A stretch of DNA of 31,025 nucleotides. Origin: an uncultured Gammaproteobacteria bacterium (GTDB taxonomy: Bacteria; Patescibacteriota; Patescibacteriia; Patescibacteriales; GWC2-42-12). The DNA lies in assembly GCA_964537265.1 (NCBI GenBank), contig CAZHZE010000009.1, positions 1 to 31,025 on the forward strand, given 5' to 3'. Made by a program: the position numbers and the translations under genes. The notes under the pieces are model-generated. The model was given only the letters and a program-made list of their open reading frames with translations. It was not told the origin of the DNA and made no database searches. Of the stretch, positions 10,064 through 15,506 are shown piece after piece; the stretch's first letter is position 1; the number at the start of each line of letters is the position of its first letter.

Positions 10064-10081
10064 CTTAATACCGGTATTAAG
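10064..10081 (+). terminator. perfect palindrome cttaataccggtattaag immediately after the paralog 1 stop
   Basis: A 9-bp stem hairpin starts 5 nt after the stop codon. There is no strong T-run, so terminator function is uncertain. Confidence 0.4.
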
Positions 10082-10195
10082 AGCCTGTTTGGAAAGTTCA
10101 TTTCTACTGCAATTTTAAAATTTTGGCATAATTTTAAAAAAATTCTATCCCAAATTTTAAAATTTCGTTGCGAAAGCAACTTTTCAAACAGGCTC
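10081..10195. repeat. structured intergenic element, copy A: 18-nt inverted repeat gagcctgtttggaaagtt / aacttttcaaacaggctc enclosing a 79-nt core
   Basis: The arms are complementary except for one G-T pair. The core begins catttctactgcaattttaaaatttt and ends aaatttcgttgcgaaagc. These core ends are shared with copy B at 29295..29453. Confidence 0.6.
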
Positions 10196-10288
10196 TTGAA
10201 AAAGTGGTGCCCGATTTTTCGGGACCACTGCCATAACCAGGAGTTTAAATTCATGTTTATGGCAGTGAGTTTATAAAAAATAAATAAT

Positions 10289-10726
10289 ATGTTTATCGCA
10301 AAATATCAAAAATTTATTATTTTTAGTTTGTTAATTTTCTTTTCTTTGTTTATGATAGCTCAAGTTGTTTCGGCCGCAATTTACGACCCGGCTGATCCGG
10401 TTGGAACTTCTGGTTTACAAGACACAGCCACTAAAGCGAAGCTGCCTACTAATGATGTTGATCCGTCTGCTTTAATTGGCAGAGTGGTTGGTTACGCATT
10501 ATCTTTTTTGGGTGTGGCTTTTTTTATTCTAATTATTTACGCCGGTTATTTATGGATGTTTTCTATGGGCAATGAACAAACCGTAACAAAAGCCAAAGAA
10601 ATAATTATTGCTGCTGTAATTGGTTTAATAATAGTTTTAATGGCTTATGCTATTACTTCTTACATTGGAGAAGTTTTACAACAAAAATCTTCTAATAGCA
10701 ACACGCAGCAACCAGCCACACCGTAA
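10289..10726 (+). CDS. pilin-like protein, paralog 2
   Basis: The 145-aa product has a signal peptide and the conserved block LSFLGVAFFILIIYAGYLWMFSMGNEQTVTKAKEIIIAAVIGLIIVLMAYAIT. Confidence 0.8.
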   Translation: MFIAKYQKFIIFSLLIFFSLFMIAQVVSAAIYDPADPVGTSGLQDTATKAKLPTNDVDPSALIGRVVGYALSFLGVAFFILIIYAGYLWMFSMGNEQTVTKAKEIIIAAVIGLIIVLMAYAITSYIGEVLQQKSSNSNTQQPATP

Positions 10727-10733
10727 AAAATTT

Positions 10734-11111
10734 ATGAAAAGAATTTTACATTTTTTATCGATTTTTATTGTATTGAGTATTTTTATATTTAATATAAATT
10801 TAATTAATTCTTCAGCCGCATCTTTTAGTGATGGTTTAAAAACAACTGGCGGAAAGATTGGTTATCCTGAAACTGGTCTAGATACATTTTTACCAGCTAC
10901 TATTGGTCAAATCATATCTTTGTCATTAGGATTTTTAGGCGTAGCTTTTTTAGGTATAATGATTTACGCCGGCTATTTGTGGATGATGGCGCGCGGCAAC
11001 GAGCAGGATGTAGAAAAAGCCAAAAATATTATAATTTATGCGGTTATTGGCTTGGTGGTGGTTTTATCCGCCTATGCCATAACCTTAATAATAGGAACTT
11101 TATGGACATAA
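10734..11111 (+). CDS. pilin-like protein, paralog 3
   Basis: The start was reassigned to the ATG at 10734 (MKRILHFL...), since the tracked ORF at 10647 overlaps paralog 2. The conserved block is LGFLGVAFLGIMIYAGYLWMMARGNEQDVEKAKNIIIYAVIGLVVVLSAYAIT. Confidence 0.75.
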   Translation: MKRILHFLSIFIVLSIFIFNINLINSSAASFSDGLKTTGGKIGYPETGLDTFLPATIGQIISLSLGFLGVAFLGIMIYAGYLWMMARGNEQDVEKAKNIIIYAVIGLVVVLSAYAITLIIGTLWT

Positions 11112-11548
11112 AAATAAATTTAAAAAGTAAAAAATTTTTATTATTATTTTTGATTTTATTATTTGGTTTTTTTAGTTTTTCTTTTTGTTTGGCTGATACT
11201 TCGAGCCAAAATTTAAATGATGCTTTTGGCAAACCATTGGAGGACGCGGCAAAAGGAGCTGGTTATGATCAAAGTCAAAAAGATATAACCTCGATAATTT
11301 CTATCATAATTAATTTGGCCTTAAGTTTTTTAGGCGTGATTTTTTTAGGTTTAATGATTTATGGCGGCTATTATTGGATGACGGCTAGGGGTGAAGAAGA
11401 AAAAGTTACTAAAGCTAAAGATACAATTACCAGGGCTATTGTCGGGCTAGTTATTGTTGTTGCCGCTTATGCTATTAGCGTTTTTGTTGTAAATAGCATA
11501 GAATCTAAGACGTTAAAAAATGAACAGCAAAAAGCGCAAATTAAATAA
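11102..11548 (+). CDS. pilin-like protein, paralog 4
   Basis: The start was reassigned to the ATG at 11102 (MDIKINLKSKKF..., a signal/TM segment), which overlaps the paralog 3 stop by 10 nt. The conserved block is LSFLGVIFLGLMIYGGYYWMTARGEEEKVTKAKDTITRAIVGLVIVVAAYAIS. Confidence 0.7.
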   Translation: MDIKINLKSKKFLLLFLILLFGFFSFSFCLADTSSQNLNDAFGKPLEDAAKGAGYDQSQKDITSIISIIINLALSFLGVIFLGLMIYGGYYWMTARGEEEKVTKAKDTITRAIVGLVIVVAAYAISVFVVNSIESKTLKNEQQKAQIK

Positions 11549-11573
11549 CGTAGATAATAAATAAAATAAAAAA

Positions 11574-11960
11574 ATGAATAAATATTTTAAAAAAGTTATA
11601 ATTTTAAGCTGTTTAATAATTTTTTTAGTCGTACCTTTTTTTGCTAACGCGGCTTTACCGTCAGAAAAATTAAAGGTTGTGGGAGAAGGCTCATACACCA
11701 CGGCCGATGAGAAAACTTTAGCAAAAATTATTGGAACTGTTATTCAAGCATTTTTAGGAGTTTTAGGCGTTGTCTTTTTAGCTTTAATGGTTTATGCAGG
11801 ATATTTATGGATGACCGCTAGAGGCGAAGAAGAAAAAGTTACTAAAGCTAAAGATACAATAATGAGAGCGGTTATCGGCTTAATTATAGTAATTGGCTCT
11901 TATGCTATTACTTATTTTGTAGTTGAAAATTTAGTAATTAGCAGTTCAGTTTTTAAATAA
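11574..11960 (+). CDS. pilin-like protein, paralog 5
   Basis: The 128-aa product has the conserved block FLGVLGVVFLALMVYAGYLWMTARGEEEKVTKAKDTIMRAVIGLIIVIGSYAIT. It shares a 35-nt identical DNA tract with paralog 4. Confidence 0.8.
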   Translation: MNKYFKKVIILSCLIIFLVVPFFANAALPSEKLKVVGEGSYTTADEKTLAKIIGTVIQAFLGVLGVVFLALMVYAGYLWMTARGEEEKVTKAKDTIMRAVIGLIIVIGSYAITYFVVENLVISSSVFK

Positions 11961-11965
11961 AAAAT

Positions 11966-12403
11966 ATGCTAAAAAAATATTTTAAAAAAATCACGTTATT
12001 GGTATTTTTATTTTTATTGCTTTTTAATTTTTATTTAGTTCAAACAATTAATGCTAGTACGCAAATTGATATGCAGCTGCAATTGCAAACTGCCGCTAAA
12101 CCATCTTGGGGAGAGCAAGTACCAATTGGAAATAGCAGTTTGGGCGGTATTGTCGCTAAAATAATTCAAGCCTTTTTAGGTTTATTAGGAATTATATTTT
12201 TAGTTTTAATAATTTATGCCGGTTTTCTTTGGATGACGGCGCAGGGTGATGAAGAAAAAGTTAAAAAAGCCAAAGAAATTTTACAACGAGCTGTTATTGG
12301 TTTAGTTATAATTGTTTCGGCTTATGCCATAACTTATTTTGTGTTTAGTAATTTACCTGGTGGAACGGGAAGTAGCAGCGGGGGCGGTTCAATGCCTTAT
12401 TAA
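11966..12403 (+). CDS. pilin-like protein, paralog 6, with a Gly/Ser-rich C-terminal tail
   Basis: The 145-aa product has the conserved block FLGLLGIIFLVLIIYAGFLWMTAQGDEEKVKKAKEILQRAVIGLVIIVSAYAIT, followed by the tail PGGTGSSSGGGSMPY. Confidence 0.8.
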   Translation: MLKKYFKKITLLVFLFLLLFNFYLVQTINASTQIDMQLQLQTAAKPSWGEQVPIGNSSLGGIVAKIIQAFLGLLGIIFLVLIIYAGFLWMTAQGDEEKVKKAKEILQRAVIGLVIIVSAYAITYFVFSNLPGGTGSSSGGGSMPY

Positions 12404-12418
12404 AATTTATAAATAAAT

Positions 12419-12459
12419 AGAGCGCCAGCTTAAAAGCATGGCGCTCTTTTGTTTTTTTT
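12419..12459. terminator. bidirectional rho-independent terminator between convergent genes
   Basis: The stem agagcgcc / ggcgctct (8 bp) has a 13-nt loop, an A-run before it and a long T-run after it. It overlaps the stop codon of the minus-strand lipoprotein gene. Confidence 0.75.
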
Positions 12460-13042
12460 AATCTCCAAACAACTTAACTCCTCCATGGTAATTTTTTTGT
12501 GTTTCAAGATCGTAGTAGTGAGGGGCTGTGGTCACATTAAAACTTGCCGGGCCATTTTCTGGAAAAATAGAATTATTATTTTCTATAATCCATGTGTAGG
12601 CATAGTAACCAGCCGGCAATTTAAATACAGCCTTCTCTTTTGGGGTTAATAAAATTTCAACACGTTGTCCATTCATAAATCCGCCAATTTTTGTGACTGT
12701 TATAGTTTTTTTCCGCCTACTATCATTAAAAAATAGACATTCAAATCCGCCAAGCACCCCGTCTTTACTTATTGTGGAGGCCGTAGTTGTTTGTTCATTT
12801 AATGACTTTCCTTGAATTTCAGCGATAGCAACTTTACCCCACTCGGTTTGTATGGCTTGAGTTATTCTTTCGTTTTCTATTCCCGTTATCGCGGTTTCTT
12901 TACCTAGGTTATTTTTTGCCACGATAAAGCCTTCAGAACTTCTGTAAACACTAGGACTTACCGCATATGGTAGAATTGAAGCGCAGCCATAAAAAACATA
13001 CAAAAATCCTAACAACAAAACTACAAAAGTAATTTTTTTCAT
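12458..13042 (-). CDS. putative lipoprotein of unknown function
   Basis: The 194-aa product has a signal peptide ending ...LYVFYGCAS, a lipobox-like Cys, and a beta-rich body with no recognised domain. Confidence 0.6.
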   Translation of the reverse strand: MKKITFVVLLLGFLYVFYGCASILPYAVSPSVYRSSEGFIVAKNNLGKETAITGIENERITQAIQTEWGKVAIAEIQGKSLNEQTTTASTISKDGVLGGFECLFFNDSRRKKTITVTKIGGFMNGQRVEILLTPKEKAVFKLPAGYYAYTWIIENNNSIFPENGPASFNVTTAPHYYDLETQKNYHGGVKLFGD

Positions 13043-13187
13043 GATTTTCCTCCTTGGATAATATTTTATTTTTTTGTTTTTTTAAATTTTTTGAAAGACC
13101 AGATTTTGCACTATACCATTAAATTTATAAAAAGTCAAGGTTGACTTAAGGGCATATCTGTGATAACATTAAAATATAACATAAGAA

Positions 13188-13232
13188 AATCCCTATCTTA
13201 AATTCCTGTGGAGGAAAGGATAGGGATTTTTT
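13188..13232 (+). terminator. intrinsic-terminator-like hairpin 28 nt upstream of the 3D-domain gene start; possible attenuator
   Basis: The stem aatccctatc / gatagggatt (10 bp) has a 21-nt loop and is followed by tttttt. A candidate promoter TTGACT(13141)-17-TAACAT with a TG extension lies upstream. Confidence 0.5.
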
Positions 13233-13259
13233 ATATAAAAATTATTTAATATTAGCTAA

Positions 13260-13811
13260 ATGGAAGCTTTAAAAAACAACTACAATAAAATAATTACGCT
13301 AAAACAAGCCAAAAAAGTTATTATTTTTTTGGTATTTGTCTTTTTCTTTGAATTTTTATTATTCCCTGCGCCAACGTTGGCTAGTGAAATTGACGAAAAT
13401 ACTAATATTAGCCAAGAAGAAATTATTATTTTTAACGACAATCAAACCCAAGGAGTTGAAATTATAGAATTTAATGGAAAATTGCCAGAAAGCGGAGATG
13501 CTGATATAGATTTTTCTCGCCATGTAGTTATTACCGCTTATAATTCAGAGATCGGCCAAACAGATAATTCTCCATGTATTACAGCTAACGGGTTTAATGT
13601 TTGTGAAAATGGAGTCGAGGATACAATAGCAGCTAATTTTTTAACCTTTGGAACAAAAGTTAAAATACCAGCCCTTTTCGGAGATAGGGTTTTTGTTGTG
13701 AGAGACAGAATGAATAAGAGGTTTTCTGATAGAGTTGATGTTTGGATGATAAATAAGCAAGATGCGGTTAAATTCGGCGTAAAAGTAGCCAAAATAGAGG
13801 TTCTAGAATAA
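13260..13811 (+). CDS. 3D-domain protein (MltA-like / YuiC-like cell-wall-binding or lytic protein)
   Basis: The 183-aa product has an N-terminal TM/signal. Its C-terminus (VVITAYNSEIGQTDNSPCITANGFNV...FGTKVKIPALFGDRVFVVRDRMNKRFSDRVDVWM) matches the 3D domain pattern TAY...G.T.SG...GT.V.IP..G...V.DTG..I.G.R.DV. Confidence 0.65.
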   Translation: MEALKNNYNKIITLKQAKKVIIFLVFVFFFEFLLFPAPTLASEIDENTNISQEEIIIFNDNQTQGVEIIEFNGKLPESGDADIDFSRHVVITAYNSEIGQTDNSPCITANGFNVCENGVEDTIAANFLTFGTKVKIPALFGDRVFVVRDRMNKRFSDRVDVWMINKQDAVKFGVKVAKIEVLE

Positions 13812-13832
13812 ACATTAAATATTTATTTATAT

Positions 13833-13876
13833 TTACCCCACATTTAAAATATTAAGTGTGGGGTAAACTTGTTTTA
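13833..13876 (+). terminator. rho-independent terminator after the 3D-domain gene
   Basis: The stem ttaccccaca / tgtggggtaa (10 bp) has a 13-nt loop and is followed by acttgtttt. Confidence 0.6.
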
Positions 13877-13929
13877 AGTAATTTTATTTGTTATATTTAT
13901 TAAATAAAGTATATTAAATTTTTATTTTA

Positions 13930-14001
13930 GGCCAGGTAGCCAAGTGGTAAGGCGAGAGTCTGCAAAACTCTTATTCATGGGTTCGATTCCCATTCTGGCC
14001 T
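13930..14001 (+). tRNA. tRNA-Cys(GCA), 72 nt, U73 discriminator, no encoded CCA
   Basis: The sequence reads GGCCAGG TA GCC AAGTGGTAA GGC G AGAGT CTGCAAA ACTCT TATTC ATGGG TTCGATT CCCAT TCTGGCC T. The anticodon is GCA, and U73 is the Cys identity element. Confidence 0.85.
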
Positions 14002-14004
14002 CAT

Positions 14005-14031
14005 TTATTTTAGTCTACATTTTTGTAGACT
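14005..14031. repeat. 27-nt direct repeat copy 1 (ttattttagtctacatttttgtagact), itself containing a 9-bp palindrome tagtctaca/tgtagacta
   Basis: This is identical to 14083..14109 and sits immediately 3' of tRNA-Cys. Confidence 0.8.
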
Positions 14032-14048
14032 AAAAATTATATATAAGC

Positions 14049-14077
14049 TGTGGATAAAAAGTGCTAAGTGTGGATAA
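14049..14077 (+). promoter_or_regulatory. two perfect consensus DnaA boxes in direct orientation with 20-bp spacing
   Basis: tgtggataa, the reverse complement of TTATCCACA, occurs at 14049-14057 and 14069-14077. The pair is bracketed by the two copies of the 27-nt repeat. Confidence 0.6.
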
Positions 14078-14082
14078 ATTTT

Positions 14083-14109
14083 TTATTTTAGTCTACATTT
14101 TTGTAGACT
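14083..14109. repeat. 27-nt direct repeat copy 2
   Basis: Identical to 14005..14031. Confidence 0.8.
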
Positions 14110-14172
14110 TAAATACTATAAAAAATAAATAAATAGCTAATATTAGTAAATTTATTATTTTATATTACATTA

Positions 14173-14201
14173 TTGACTTTTTATATTTTTGGTGGTATAT
14201 T
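14173..14201 (+). promoter_or_regulatory. near-consensus sigma70-type promoter (TTGACT-17-TATATT) with no downstream ORF
   Basis: ttgact lies at 14173-14178, followed by a 17-nt spacer and tatatt at 14196-14201. The next plus-strand CDS starts at 14668, and a strong terminator lies at 14522-14550. Confidence 0.45.
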
Positions 14202-14521
14202 AATAATAGGACATTTATAATATTTATAGAAAAGTTTTCCGAAGTGTTTATTTGGGAAAATTTTTCTTTTTTGCTGACTTAAAGTGTCAGAGTTCACATG
14301 GCAATTTTTAAAACAAAAATAAAATAACGGTAGGTTTTCTTTGCTAAATAAAAATTAAAGGAGATTTACCAATAGTTAGCAAAAATTCGCATTTTTAAAG
14401 TGAACACTAAATGCTTCAACCTTAAAGATTAGGGATTTTCTAGACTTATTTTCGAATGGGTCTGAAATAAGTCTTTAGGGATGGGGCTCAGTTACGGCCT
14501 ATATAATTTATTATTTTATAT

Positions 14522-14550
14522 AAAAAGGGGCCCGTTCTGGGCCCTTTTTA
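14522..14550. terminator. strong bidirectional intrinsic terminator
   Basis: The sequence is aaaaa ggggccc gttct gggccc ttttt. A 6-bp all-GC stem stands out in this AT-rich DNA, with an A-run before it and a T-run after it. Confidence 0.75.
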
Positions 14551-14572
14551 TATACTTAAATTTTTATTACTC

Positions 14573-14636
14573 TTGCAAAAATGCTTATTATGACGTATAT
14601 TATAAGTGATGATTTATCCTAATCTACGGGATAAAT
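14573..14636 (+). promoter_or_regulatory. promoter TTGCAA-17-TATATT plus inverted repeat atttatcc-N9-ggataaat in the dksA-like 5' region
   Basis: ttgcaa lies at 14573-78 and tatatt at 14596-14601. The inverted repeat at 14612-14636 sits between the -10 and the ATG at 14668; its half-sites resemble half DnaA boxes (TTATCC). Confidence 0.4.
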
Positions 14637-14667
14637 TTTAGTTTAAAGCAGGTATAAGTTAAATAAT

Positions 14668-15039
14668 ATGGATAAAAAAATTGTAGCAAAAATTAAAAAA
14701 GATTTGTTGTCTAGCAAAAAGCAGTTAATGGAAGATTTAAAAAGTTTTACAAAAAAAGACGAACACGCCAAAGATGAACATCATACTGAATTTCCAAATT
14801 ATGGAGACAAGAGTGATGAAAATGTTCAAGAGATAGATGAATACACAACCAACTTAGCTAAAGAGAAAGTTTTAGAAAGCGCTTTGCGCGATATTGATAA
14901 TGCTTTGGATAGAATTACTAAAGGAACTTATGGTATTTGTAAATATTGTAAACAAGAAATAGGCGAGAAGAGGCTTATGGCTAGACCGGTGGCTAATACT
15001 TGCATTTCCTGCAAAACCAGACTACAAAAAATGTCTTAA
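14668..15039 (+). CDS. DksA/TraR-family C4 zinc-finger protein
   Basis: The 123-aa product has the C-terminal motif CKYCKQEIGEKRLMARPVANTCISC (Cx2Cx17Cx2C) and an acidic coiled-coil N-terminus. Confidence 0.75.
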   Translation: MDKKIVAKIKKDLLSSKKQLMEDLKSFTKKDEHAKDEHHTEFPNYGDKSDENVQEIDEYTTNLAKEKVLESALRDIDNALDRITKGTYGICKYCKQEIGEKRLMARPVANTCISCKTRLQKMS

Positions 15040-15044
15040 GCTTT

Positions 15045-15506
15045 ATGTTTAAACATATTAAAAAAATGATAGCGATTAATATAGCTGTCATTTTTTTTAT
15101 ATCTTTGGATAGACTATTAAAAGTTTTTGCTTTTAAAAATGCATTTAAAGAATTTAATTTATTTGGAGAAATTTTAAAATTTAATTATGAAAATAATTAC
15201 AACATTGCTTTTTCTTTGCCCTTGTCAGGCGATATTTTAATAGTTGTGATTTTTATAATATTAATAATTTTAATATTTTTCACTTTGCGTTTTATAAAAA
15301 TGCAAGAATATAATAAAGGGACCGGGCTGTTTTTAATTATTCTAGGCGCTAGCAGCAATTTATATGACAGAATAAAATATGGTTTTGTTATTGATTATTT
15401 GGATTTAAAATATTTTACGGTCTTTAATTTGGCTGATATAATGATTGTAGTAGGAATTATTTTTTTTCTATTAATATCTATAAATGAAAAATCATATGTT
15501 AAATAG
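15045..15506 (+). CDS. lspA: lipoprotein signal peptidase (signal peptidase II)
   Basis: This is a membrane protein with the motifs NYNIAFSL, ASSNLYDRIKYGFVIDYLD and FNLADIMIVVG, matching LspA conserved regions. The start was moved to the ATG at 15045, just after the dksA-like stop; the tracked ORF begins at 15000. Confidence 0.8.
   Translation: MFKHIKKMIAINIAVIFFISLDRLLKVFAFKNAFKEFNLFGEILKFNYENNYNIAFSLPLSGDILIVVIFIILIILIFFTLRFIKMQEYNKGTGLFLIILGASSNLYDRIKYGFVIDYLDLKYFTVFNLADIMIVVGIIFFLLISINEKSYVK

Noticed and set aside
10033-10276. ORFs on both strands (73 and 78 aa) spanning the paralog 1-paralog 2 intergenic region
   Set aside because: The region is densely palindromic (element A and nested hairpins). 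The translations are low complexity and begin inside or overlap the paralog 1 3' end. Only the 7-codon mini-ORF was retained, as a possible leader.
9652-12403. Diversity-generating retroelement or invertible-promoter phase variation acting on the pilin array
   Set aside because: There is no reverse transcriptase, template/variable repeat pair, recombinase gene, or inverted-repeat-flanked promoter segment adjacent to the array in this window.
13043-13259. c-di-AMP (ydaO-type) or other riboswitch upstream of the 3D-domain gene
   Set aside because: Such riboswitches do precede cell-wall hydrolase genes. This leader, however, is too short and AT-rich and lacks the conserved GC-rich pseudoknot segments. 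I kept it only as an attenuator-like hairpin.
14277-14413. Possible third copy of the A/B core element (gcaatttttaaaac ... flanked by agttcac/gtgaacac)
   Set aside because: Only about 12 nt of core similarity and a weak 7-8-bp inverted repeat. This is consistent with chance in AT-rich DNA, so I mention it only within the 14002-14667 island finding.
14010-14660. tmRNA or RNase P RNA in the large ORF-free island
   Set aside because: There is no tRNA-like 3' end (GGTTCGA..CC...ACCA), no resume codon or tag ORF, none of the conserved RNase P P4 or GNRA motifs, and the composition is too AT-rich.
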